Shown piece by piece: positions 18,044 through 27,375 of a DNA stretch of 64,000 nt (position 1 is the stretch's first letter; every line of letters begins with the position of its first letter). A program made the translations under genes and the position numbers. The notes under the pieces are model-generated. The model was given only the letters and a program-made list of their open reading frames with translations, had not been told where the DNA came from and searched no databases. This stretch comes from an uncultured Actinomycetes bacterium (GTDB taxonomy: Bacteria > Actinomycetota > Thermoleophilia > Gaiellales > Gaiellaceae), in the NCBI GenBank assembly GCA_963773825.1, contig CAVZCH010000005.1:12372-76371 (forward strand). Reading direction: 5' to 3'.

Positions 18044-18526
18044 CTACCGCAGTCGAGCAACGAGCGCGTTCCAGCGCTTCGGCGTGCCGGCGTCCTGGAA
18101 GCCGGCGACGTAGCGGCCGTCGGCGTCGATCAGGATGAAGGCCGGCTGGTAGGTCATTCCGAACCGGCGCGCGAGACGGCGCTGCGGATCGCGGATCGAC
18201 GGCCACGTCCAGCCGTAGCGCCGAACGAACGCCCGCGCCCGGGCAGGCGTGTCGGCGGTGTTGAAGCCGAGGAACTGGAACCGCGTGCCCTGCGTGCGAA
18301 CCCAACGTGCGTAGGCGACCGCCTCGCTGTTGCAGGTGCTTCACCACGACGACCAGACGTTGATCACCACCGGCCTGCCCCGAAGGCTCGCGAGCGAGAG
18401 CCTCTTGCCGTCGAGCGTGACGCCGGCGATCGCAGGCTTGGGCTTCGCAGCCTCGGCGCCTGCTGCGGAGACGGTGAGGCACGCGAGGAGTGCGAGCGAC
18501 GCCGTGAACGCGAGACCCCTGCGCAC
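18044..18526 (-). CDS. Secreted TlpA/ResA-like thioredoxin, probable selenoprotein (U62, UxxC)
   Basis: Signal peptide; [34 protein letters not shown]; frame continues as thioredoxin fold (FLGFNTAD...WPSIRDP...[12 protein letters not shown]) to TAG at 18044. Confidence 0.85.
18303..18332 (-). promoter_or_regulatory. SECIS-like hairpin
   Basis: CAAC-A-GCG-AGGC-(GGUC)-GCCU-A-CGC-AC-GUUG; apical loop starts 20 nt after the in-frame UGA. Confidence 0.65.
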
Positions 18527-18636
18527 GAGGACAACCGTAGACGGCGGGCGAACGCGTGCGCGTGGTTGTTCGGATTTCGTTCATATCCCGACGGGGCCGA
18601 TCAAGGACGCGTGGAGGACGTCCGATAGGAGTGACG

Positions 18637-19719
18637 ATGGGCCGCCGCAGCATCCTTCTGATCTCGTGGGTCCTCGCGGCGGCGCTGGTCGTGCCCGGCG
18701 CCTCGATCGGGGCGGCCGGTCCTGGTGACGGGCTCGACGCCGGCGCCACCTCGGCGAAAAGCTGGGCGGGGCCGCAGATCGCCTCCGTCGTCCTCGCGGG
18801 CGTCATGGGACCGAGCGTCGTCGGATTCCGGCCCGACGACCCGCTCACACGCGAGGAGCTGCACGACGCGATCGTCGCGCTGGGGAAGCCGCACGAGGCG
18901 CCGACCGACCCGACGCGGATGGTGACGATGCGCGAGCTGGACGCCCAGCTCGTCGCCGCTGCCGGCCTCCTCCCCGTCGCGCGGGTGATCAGGCTCGCGG
19001 CACGGGACGCGGGCCTCGAGCCGACCGACATGCTCGGCACCGAGACGGTCGCGCGCCTGCTCGGGCTGCGCGTCAACCACCCGGAGGGCAGCGAGGACCT
19101 CGAGCGCTCGCCCAAGCAGCCTGCCTCCCGCGCCGAGGCCGCCTACTCACTCTCGAAGCTGCGCCTGCTCGACCCGGGCCGGGTCGCCGCGATCCAGCAA
19201 CTGGCGACGACCTTCGCCCTGCCGACGCTGACCGACCTCCAGCGCGACGTGCTCTCGCGGGCCCTGCGGTTCGTCGGCTACCCGTACGTGTTCGCCGGGA
19301 TGTCGGAGAAGACGCAGACCCTCTGGAGCGCGACGGCTCCGGGGAACACCATCACCGTCCCGGGCGGGTTCGACTGCTCGGGCTTCGTCTGGCGCGTCTA
19401 CAAGCTCGAGCCGTTCGCCGATGCGCCCGCGCTCGCAGCCGTCCTGCGCGGACGGACGACCTACGCGATGAGCGGCGAGGTGCCGAAGGCCGAGCGCGTC
19501 GACCCCGCGGCGATCGAACCGGGTGACGTGCTCTTCTTCGGGTCGCGAGGCCCCGCGTCGAAGCCGTCCGAGATCGGGCACATGGGGATCTACGTCGGCG
19601 GCGGCTGGTTCGTGCACTCGTCGAGCGCCGGCGTGACGCTGCAGCCGTTGCAGGGCTGGTACGCGACGACGCTCGCGTGGGCGCGACGCCCACTCGCCGA
19701 GTCCGGGCTCGCGACGTAG
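18637..19719 (+). CDS. NlpC/P60 cell-wall endopeptidase with SLH-like N-terminus
   Basis: Signal peptide, FRPDDPLTR, VGYPYVFAG, GFDCSG, GHMGIY, VHSS. Confidence 0.88.
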   Translation: MGRRSILLISWVLAAALVVPGASIGAAGPGDGLDAGATSAKSWAGPQIASVVLAGVMGPSVVGFRPDDPLTREELHDAIVALGKPHEAPTDPTRMVTMRELDAQLVAAAGLLPVARVIRLAARDAGLEPTDMLGTETVARLLGLRVNHPEGSEDLERSPKQPASRAEAAYSLSKLRLLDPGRVAAIQQLATTFALPTLTDLQRDVLSRALRFVGYPYVFAGMSEKTQTLWSATAPGNTITVPGGFDCSGFVWRVYKLEPFADAPALAAVLRGRTTYAMSGEVPKAERVDPAAIEPGDVLFFGSRGPASKPSEIGHMGIYVGGGWFVHSSSAGVTLQPLQGWYATTLAWARRPLAESGLAT

Positions 19720-19754
19720 GTGTCGGCCCGCACGGGCCGGGGTAGGCTCCCGGC

Positions 19755-20636
19755 GTGCGCTGGAAGCGGGTTCCCGGCCAGGGTGACATCGAGGACCGGC
19801 GCGGCCAGTCCAGCGGGCCGATCGGCGGCGGCCTCCCGATACCCATGGGCGTCGGAGGCGGCGGCCTCGGCCTGATCGTGCTCGTGGTCGTCGCGCTGCT
19901 CTTCGGCGGCGACATCCTCGGGGGCGGCGGTGGCGGGCCGCTCTCGCCGGGCGGGATCGACCAGACGGTCCCGCCGGCATCCCCGGGCTCCGGGACGAGC
20001 GGGAGCGGCGCGGGCAAGGACGATGCGCTCGAGTTCACGAAGTTCGTCTCGAGCGATGCGCAGGACATGTGGACACAGGTCTTCCAGCAGTCGGGCAAGC
20101 GGTACACGCGCGCGCCCGTCGTGATCTTCACGTCGGGCACGGTGAGCGGCTGCGGGCCGGCGTCCTCGTCGACCGGGCCGTTCTACTGCCCGGCCGACCG
20201 CAAGGTGTATCTCGACCTGTCGTTCTTCCGGGAGCTGTCGCGGCGATTCGGCGCGCCGGGCGACTTCGCAGCGGCGTACGTGATCGCGCACGAGATCGGG
20301 CATCACATCCAGACCGAGCTCGGGATCGAGCAGGAGATCCGCCGGAAGCAACAGGACGACCCCGGTCGCGCGAACCTCTACTCCGTCCAACTCGAGCTGC
20401 AGGCCGACTGCTTCGCCGGCGTCTGGGCGCGGTCGACCTACGACCGCGGGCTGCTCGACCCGGGCGACATCGAGGAGGGGCTGAAGGCGGCGGCAGCGGT
20501 CGGCGACGACCGGCTCGGGGCGGGAAGCCGCGAGCAGTGGACCCACGGGTCGTCCGCGCTCCGCACCCAGTGGTTCCGCACCGGCTTCGACTCGGGCAAG
20601 CCCGGCGACTGCGACACCAGCAACGTCGACATCTAG
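19755..20636 (+). CDS. Neutral zinc metallopeptidase (YpfJ family)
   Basis: IEDRRG, GPFYCPAD, YVIAHEIGHHIQ, ELQADCFAG, WTHGSS. Confidence 0.92.
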   Translation: MRWKRVPGQGDIEDRRGQSSGPIGGGLPIPMGVGGGGLGLIVLVVVALLFGGDILGGGGGGPLSPGGIDQTVPPASPGSGTSGSGAGKDDALEFTKFVSSDAQDMWTQVFQQSGKRYTRAPVVIFTSGTVSGCGPASSSTGPFYCPADRKVYLDLSFFRELSRRFGAPGDFAAAYVIAHEIGHHIQTELGIEQEIRRKQQDDPGRANLYSVQLELQADCFAGVWARSTYDRGLLDPGDIEEGLKAAAAVGDDRLGAGSREQWTHGSSALRTQWFRTGFDSGKPGDCDTSNVDI

Positions 20637-20738
20637 GGCGCTCGCGGCCGCGCCTCCCCGCCGTACAACCGGCCCGTTTGCCACCCGGCCACGCCGCCGC
20701 GATACCCTCCGAGGACACGCTTTCGAGAGGAGTCAGGC

Positions 20739-22272
20739 ATGACGGAGCTTGCCGAGGCGCCTGCCGCCGAGCGCGGCGAGGCGGTCACGAGGATCCCGCA
20801 CTGGATCGGCGGGAAGCGGGTCGACGGGACGTCGGGTCGCAGCGGCCCGGTCTACAACCCCGCGCTCGGCCTCCAGTCGGGTGCTGTCGACCTCGCCTCG
20901 GTCGAGGAGATCGACGCGGCGGTGCGGAACGGCGCCGAGGCCTGGGAGACGTGGCGCACCGTGTCGCTCGCGAAGCGCGCCGAGCTCTTCTTCCGGATCC
21001 GCGAGCTCTTCCACTCCCACCGGGAGGACCTCGCGAAGCTCCTCACGGCCGAGCACGGCAAGGTGCTCTCCGACGCGCTCGGCGAGGTCGCACGCGGGCT
21101 CGAGGTGATCGAGTATGCGTGCGGGATCCCGACCCTGATCAAGGGCGAGTTCTCCGAGCAGGCGTCGACGGGAATCGACGTCTACTCGATCCGGCAGCCG
21201 CTCGGTGTCGTGGCCGGCATCACGCCCTTCAACTTCCCCGCCATGGTGCCCATGTGGATGTGGGCGCCGGCGATCGCCTGCGGGAACTGCTTCGTCCTGA
21301 AGCCGTCCGAGAAGGACCCCTCGGCGTCGCTCCTGACGGCAGAGCTGCTCAAGGAGGCCGGGCTGCCCGACGGCGTCTTCAACGTGGTCCACGGCGACAA
21401 GCGTCGCCGTCGACGCGCTGCTCGAGCACCCCGGCATCGCCGCGGTGTCGTTCGTCGGCTCGACCCCGATCGCGCGCTACATCTACGAGACCGGCACGAA
21501 GCACGGCAAGCGGGTTCAGGCGCTCGGCGGGGCGAAGAACCACATGATCGTGCTGCCGGATGCCGACGTCGACATGGCCGCCGACGCTGCCGTCTCGGCC
21601 GGGTACGGCTCGGCCGGGGAGCGGTGCATGGCCGTCTCCGTGCTCGTCGCGGTCGGCGACGTCGCCGACCCGCTCGTGGCGGCGATCAAGGACCGCTTGC
21701 CGGACGTCAAGGTCGGGAACGGCCTCGAGCCGGACTCGGAGATGGGCCCGCTCGTCACGCGCGAGCACCGGGACAAGGTCGCCTCCTACATCGCGTCCGG
21801 GTCGGAGCAGGGCGCGACGGTCGTCGCCGACGGCCGCGAGACCGCGCCCGACGGCGACGGCTTCTTCCTCGGAGTGTCGCTGCTCGACAACGTCACGACG
21901 GAGATGGACGCCTACCGGGACGAGATCTTCGGGCCGGTGCTTTCCGTCGTCCGCGCGAAGACCTACGACGACGCGGTGAGCCTCGTCAACGACAACCCCT
22001 ACGGGAACGGCGTCGCGCTCTTCACCCGCGACGGCGGCGTCGCGCGGCAGTTCCAGTTCGACGTCTCCGCCGGCATGGTCGGCATCAACGTGCCGATCCC
22101 GGTGCCGGTCGCCTACTACTCGTTCGGCGGCTGGAAGGCGTCGCTGTTCGGCGACTCGCACGCCTACGGGCCGGAGTCGATCCACTTCTACACGAGAGGC
22201 AAGGTGGTGACGTCGCGTTGGCCGGATCCTGCGACGAGCAAGGTCGACCTGGGATTCCCGCAGACACGTTGA
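20739..22272 (+). CDS. mmsA: CoA-acylating methylmalonate-semialdehyde dehydrogenase, one frameshift ~21400
   Basis: ITPFNFPAMVP, LKPSEKDP, SFVGSTPIA, GGAKNH, AGERCMA, GINVPIPVP. Confidence 0.92.
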
Positions 22273-22372
22273 GCGGGCTCGTGTGTCGGACGGCGGCCGT
22301 TGACCGTACGGGCCGCCGACGTGCACAATCCGCGTCGACCGGTCGGGGCGGACCTGCGGCGCCGCCCTGGCC

Positions 22373-23731
22373 GTGTCGATCGTGAAGCGCGTCCTCGTCG
22401 AGGGGTTCGAGCGCGACGCGGTGGTGCTCGCGCGGTCGCTCGCGCGCGAGGGGCATCGCGTCACGCTCGCAGGGACCGGCGACGCCTCGCAGCAGGCGCT
22501 CGAGCTCCGCGCCTCCGGGGTCGTGGTCCGCGCTCGCGCGAGCCTCGACAGCGAGCCCGGGCACCACGACGAGGCCTTCCTCGACGTCTGGACGCCCGAG
22601 GTGGCGCCGCGGGTCTCGCTGCTGCGTGAGAGCGGCTGCGTCGTCCGGTGCCTCGGAGACCTGGTGCTCGAGTGGGCGACGGTGCCGACGATCGGTGTCA
22701 CCGGAACCGCGGGCAAGACCACCACGACGGCGTTTCTCGCTTACCTCCTCCGGAGTGCCGGTGTCGCCGTCCACACGAGCACGACGGCGCGTGCAGGGAA
22801 CCTGTGGCCCACCGCCGAGCTGCTGCCGCCGCCGGCCGACGGCGTGATCCTCATGGAGCTGACGAGCTCGCACCTCTGCTTCGCGACCCGGAGCCCGACC
22901 ATCGCGGTCGTCACCTGCTTCTGGCCCGACCACCTCGAGCTGCACGGCTCGCTCGAGCGCTACCGGGCCGCCAAGGAGGCGATCGTCCGCAGGCAGGGCG
23001 CCGACGACGTGGTCGTCGCGAACGTGGACGACCCGGATGCCGCGGCGATCGCGAGCCTCTCGCCCGGACGGCGATTCGGCTTCTCCGCCACGGCCGAGGT
23101 CGAGATGGGCGCGTTCCTCCACGGCCGCTCCATGATCCTGCGCGACCAGGCAGGAGAGCGATCGTTCAGGCTCCCGCCCCGCCTCGACGCCCCGCACCTG
23201 CAGGCGCTGCTCGCCGCCGCGGCGGCGTCGGTCGCAGCCGGGACGCTTCCCGAGCGGCTCGGAGCACCCGACGGCCCGCCGCACCGCACGGCACACGTCG
23301 GTCGGCTCGGTGACACGGAGCTCATCGACGACGGCATGGCGGCGACCCCGGCGAAGACGGCGTCCACGCTGCACGAGTATCCCGACGCATCGGTCGTCCT
23401 GGTCGCGGGGGGCGAGCTCGAGAGCGCCGGTCTCGCGGTGCACGCGTCCCGCGAGGAGCAGGCGCTGCTCGAGGCCGCGTGTGCCGAGGCCCGCCGGGTC
23501 GCGCGCCTCGTCGTCCTCTTCGGCCCTGCGGCGGCTCGCATCGCCGGATACTTCGACCGTCGATCGACGCTGCGCGCGGCGAGCCTCGACGAGGCGATCA
23601 CGCTCGCGTCGGCGAGGTCCGAGGGCGCGAAAGTGCTCGTCGTCTCGCCGATGTTCCCGCTGCCCCTCACGGATCGCGAGCGGATCGCACCGGCGCTCGA
23701 AGCGCTCTCGGCCGGCGGGAATACCACCTGA
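22373..23731 (+). CDS. Stand-alone MurD-like Mur ligase
   Basis: GVTGTAGKTTT, ELTSSHL, PDHLELHGS...YRAAK, PPHR, LIDDGMAATP, VLVAGG, VVSP. Confidence 0.75.
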   Translation: MSIVKRVLVEGFERDAVVLARSLAREGHRVTLAGTGDASQQALELRASGVVVRARASLDSEPGHHDEAFLDVWTPEVAPRVSLLRESGCVVRCLGDLVLEWATVPTIGVTGTAGKTTTTAFLAYLLRSAGVAVHTSTTARAGNLWPTAELLPPPADGVILMELTSSHLCFATRSPTIAVVTCFWPDHLELHGSLERYRAAKEAIVRRQGADDVVVANVDDPDAAAIASLSPGRRFGFSATAEVEMGAFLHGRSMILRDQAGERSFRLPPRLDAPHLQALLAAAAASVAAGTLPERLGAPDGPPHRTAHVGRLGDTELIDDGMAATPAKTASTLHEYPDASVVLVAGGELESAGLAVHASREEQALLEAACAEARRVARLVVLFGPAAARIAGYFDRRSTLRAASLDEAITLASARSEGAKVLVVSPMFPLPLTDRERIAPALEALSAGGNTT

Positions 23732-23800
23732 CGTCGCCGCGTTACTTGCTGTATCAACTATCCTCGGCGCAAGTAAGCGCAACGACACGGGAGGAAGACA

Positions 23801-24347
23801 GTGAGCAGCACGATCGACTCGGCAGTGATCCCCACAGGAACTTGGACGTTGGACGCGACCCACTCCAGCGTCGGCTTCACGGTCGTCTACATGGGCGTCG
23901 CCCCGTTCTCGGGCGCGTTCCGCTCGTTCGAGGCGAGCCTCGACGAGAGCGGCCTCAGGGGCAAGGCGCAGGCGTCGAGCATCGACGTCGACTCGGAGCA
24001 GCTCGCACAGCACCTGGCGTCGCCCGACTTCTTCGACGCGGCGACGTATCCGGAGGTGTCGTTCGACGCCACGTCGATCGAGCGCGACGGCAACCGCGTG
24101 AAGCTCGACGGCACGCTCCAGATCAAGGGCAAGCGCGCGCCGATCACCCTCACCGGGACGATCGCAGACCCGGTCGCCGATCCGTGGGGCAACAGCAAGC
24201 TCGCGCTCTCGCTCGAGGGCTCGGTCGACAAGAACGCCGTCGGCTTGACCTGGAACGCCCCGCTCCCCGAGGGCGGCTCGATGCTCGCCGACGAGCGTCG
24301 ACCTGAGCGCGACGCTCGTGTTCGTCCGGCCGGGAAGCGAGGCGTAG
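23801..24347 (+). CDS. YceI family protein, frameshift near C-terminus
   Basis: GTWTLDATHSSVGF...HLASPDFFDAATYPEVSF...GTLQIKG. Confidence 0.88.
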
Positions 24348-24888
24348 GTGACGATCCTCGGCATCGCCGGCAGCCTGCGCGCCGGCTCGCACAACGCGCA
24401 GCTCCTCCGCCTCGCCGCGGAGGAGCTGCCGGAGGGCGTCGAGCTCGTCGTGTTCGACGGGCTCGCCGCGATCCCGGCCTACGACGAGGATCTCCAGGAT
24501 CTCGCCCCGGACGCCGTCGACGAGCTGAAGTCGGCAGTCGCCGAGGCGGACGCGATCCTCGTCGCGACCCCCGAGTACAACGGGTCGATTCCCGGGCGCA
24601 CTCAAGAACGCGCTCGACTGGGTCTCCCGCCCGCTCGCCGAGACACCGATGCGCGGCAAGCCGGTCGCCGTGATCGGGGCGAGCACCGGCGCGTTCGGCG
24701 CCGTGTGGGCCCAGCGGGAGCTGAAGAAGGTGCTCGGCCTGATGGGCGCCAGGGTGCTCGACGTCGAGCTCCCCGTCGCGAAGGCGGATCGCAGGCTTGC
24801 GGCGCCCGACGAGGAGCTGCGCGAGCAGCTCGCCGGGGTGATGGCGGAGCTCGTCGCGGCCACCGAGGGCGCGCGCCTCGCCGCGTAG
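24348..24888 (+). CDS. NADPH-dependent FMN reductase, one frameshift
   Basis: GIAGSLRAGSHN, ATPEYNGSIPG, LKNALDW, GKPVAVIGASTGAFG. Confidence 0.9.
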
Positions 24889-25045
24889 GCATCCCGACGC
24901 CCCGGCGTCGGGCGTGCGGCCCGACCCACATCACGAGCCAACGCCAAGAGCGTAGACGCCCCGCGGTTTCGGAAGTCGGTCCGACACCCGAACCATAGGC
25001 GCGCACGTCCGCTGGTCACGAACCGCCCTCGATGACCGCGGTGGG

Positions 25046-25609
25046 TCAGGGCACGGTGCGGCGCATGACGCAGTTCCCCGTGCCCTTGCTGCGGACGAAC
25101 GTGAAGCCCGCCCGCTCGAAGAGGGTGCGCGTCCCGTTGTAGAGCACGGACTTCTTCTTGCCCTGCGTGTCGTGCGGGTAGCCCTCGACGACGCCACCGC
25201 CCGCCTCCGCGATCAGGTCGAGGGCACCCTGCAGCGCGACGGCCGACAGCCCCTTTCGCCGGTAGCGCCGGTCCACGAAGATGCAGGTGACCCGGTAGTC
25301 GGGGACGAGGTCAAGCTCCTCCTCGTACTGCTTGCGGTGGTAGATGTTCGGCAGCTCCTCGGGGCTCCCGTACTCGCACCACGCGACCGCCTCGTCCCCG
25401 TCGTAGACGAGCGCGGCATGCGCCCGACCCTCCTCGACGAGGCGCCGCTTGAGACTCCGGTTGTCGTCGGCGTCGAACGTCTTCTCGGAGTGCATCGTGT
25501 GGAAGTACGTGCACCAGCAGCCCCCGAACACGCCGTTGTGCCGTTGCGCGAGCCCGGCGAACCCGTCCCAGGTGTCCGGGCTGAGCGCTCTGACCATGTA
25601 CTCGCTCAT
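25046..25609 (-). CDS. GNAT N-acetyltransferase
   Basis: GGCWCTYFH, AVAWCEYG, TCIFVDRRYRRKG, VEGYP, FERAGF; GGAGGAG SD. Confidence 0.85.
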   Translation of the reverse strand: MSEYMVRALSPDTWDGFAGLAQRHNGVFGGCWCTYFHTMHSEKTFDADDNRSLKRRLVEEGRAHAALVYDGDEAVAWCEYGSPEELPNIYHRKQYEEELDLVPDYRVTCIFVDRRYRRKGLSAVALQGALDLIAEAGGGVVEGYPHDTQGKKKSVLYNGTRTLFERAGFTFVRSKGTGNCVMRRTVP

Positions 25610-25960
25610 CCGCTCCTCCGATCCGGCCGCCACAGCCTAGTCGCGGTCGCCCGCTCTCCGACAGGTCTACGGCGGCGGCGCCGCCCTCGGCGCAGGTCCT
25701 CGTCTCAACCGCCCCAGCCCGGCCGAGTGTTCTTCACCGTTGCACCTCTGGTCGGCGTCGTCGGAACTGTGGTCGCACGGGCTCGCGGCGACCGTGAGGG
25801 CGGCGCCCCCCTGGTGGTGTTCGCACTCTTGTAGGTCGGCGTGGTCACCCTGGATACCGTCGGCCGGGGAGTCGCCGTTGTTCGCCGTCTCATCTTGGAC
25901 GGTCGGCTCAGGCGTCATTCCTGAATGCTGGCGCAAGCCACACCCAGTAGGCTCGCAGGG

Positions 25961-26296
25961 GTGGAAGAGCAGGTCGTTCCGGTCCTACACGTGAAGGACG
26001 CTACTCGCGCTATCGCTTGGTATGAGCGTCTCGGCTTCCGCAAGGAGTGGGAGCATCAGTTCGAGCTTGGATTCCCGTGGTTCGTGTCTGTTGCGCGCGG
26101 CTCCGTGCGCCTCTATTTGTCGGAACACAAGGGCGATGCACGACCGGACACGCTGATTCACCTCTACGTCAACAACATCGACGTAGTCGCGGCCGAGTTC
26201 GGCATTCCGGTTGACGAGGAAGGACTCGCGGGACGGGAATGCGACGTCAGCGATCCAGACGGGAATCGGCTACGGATCGCCACGCCGCGCAGCTGA
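25961..26296 (+). CDS. VOC/bleomycin-resistance glyoxalase family protein
   Basis: VPVLHVKDATRAIAWYERLGF...LYLSEH...SDPDGNRLRI; TAGGCT-N7-GTG. Confidence 0.85.
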   Translation: MEEQVVPVLHVKDATRAIAWYERLGFRKEWEHQFELGFPWFVSVARGSVRLYLSEHKGDARPDTLIHLYVNNIDVVAAEFGIPVDEEGLAGRECDVSDPDGNRLRIATPRS

Positions 26297-26361
26297 CGTT
26301 CGAGCGGCTCGGAGGACAGTCGTGAATCGGAGACCCGTCCCGAGGTGCGAGAATCCCATCC

Positions 26362-26907
26362 GTGCCAGAAGCACAGCTCGAGGACTTCGGATCGGGGCTC
26401 ACGCCCGTCACCCAGGGCTGGTTCGTCGTCAACGTGCGCGACGCCGAGTGGTGGTTCGAGGAGGGGAGGGGCGCGAGGTGCGCCTTCGAGAACGAGTACG
26501 GCGACCCCCCGGTCGAGTTCGGCCAGCTCGGGATCAACGTCACCGTCCTCGAGCCCGGACAGACCAGCCTCTACCACGCCGAGGCGAACCAGGAGGCGTT
26601 CCTCGTCCTTGCTGGGGAGTGCGCGCTGCTCGTCGAGGACGAGGAGCGACGCCTGCGGCCCTGGGACTTCTTCCACGCTCCTGCGTGGACCGAGCACGCG
26701 TTCGTCGGCGCGGGCGAGGGGCCGTGCGTGATCCTGATGGTCGGTGCGCGCTCAGGCCCGGAAGTGCACTACCCGGTGTCGGAGCTCGCGGCGCGCTACG
26801 GCGCGAGCGTGGCCGAGGAGACCTCCGACTGGCGGCAGGCCTACGCGACCGTCGAGCCGTTCCGGCGACAGCGGCCGCCGAACTGGGCTCGTCTGCCCTG
26901 GGCGTAA
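26362..26907 (+). CDS. Cupin domain protein
   Basis: LEPGQTSLYHAEANQEAFLVLAGE...HAPAWTEHAF. Confidence 0.88.
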   Translation: MPEAQLEDFGSGLTPVTQGWFVVNVRDAEWWFEEGRGARCAFENEYGDPPVEFGQLGINVTVLEPGQTSLYHAEANQEAFLVLAGECALLVEDEERRLRPWDFFHAPAWTEHAFVGAGEGPCVILMVGARSGPEVHYPVSELAARYGASVAEETSDWRQAYATVEPFRRQRPPNWARLPWA

Positions 26908-26987
26908 TTCCTTCAGGCGTCATTCGCGAACTCACTCGTCCACGCGACTGACCCCGTTCCCGGCAGGTCTCCGGGCGGGCCGAGCAA

Positions 26988-27239
26988 TCAGGGCAGGAGA
27001 TCCTCCGGTACGGGCGGGCGGCGATCAGACTGCGCTCCAGTCAGGAACGCGACGATTCCGTGCAAGAAAGCCGACAGGCCCTGCTCGCGTCGAGCACCAT
27101 CACCAGCATGAGCTTGTATGGCGCGCTCGAGCGCTGCGTGACCGGCGCTCACTTGCGCCTGCCTCCGCTCCCGGATCAGTTGGAGCTCGCGATCGAACTG
27201 GTGTCGTCTCGTCTCGAACTGAACGACCTGCGGGTACAT
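26988..27239 (-). CDS. Small hypothetical protein
   Basis: MYPQVVQFETRR...; strong AAAGAGGAG SD; lies downstream of the LuxR-ATPase gene. Confidence 0.55.
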   Translation of the reverse strand: MYPQVVQFETRRHQFDRELQLIRERRQAQVSAGHAALERAIQAHAGDGARREQGLSAFLHGIVAFLTGAQSDRRPPVPEDLLP

Positions 27240-27375
27240 GGCATCTCCTCTTTGGTGGCGGTGCACTGGTGACATCGAGGGTAGGGCGAGGAGGCGACCG
27301 GCGAAACCGGCCGGTCGGCCGGGATTAGTGGGCCCGCCATCGCGGGGAACCGGCCGGGCTGACCCGCGAGCTTCG

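Noticed and set aside
25640-25930. Hydrophobic reading frame with internal TAG (possible readthrough)
   Set aside because: No recognisable family, start or recoding signal; more likely decayed DNA
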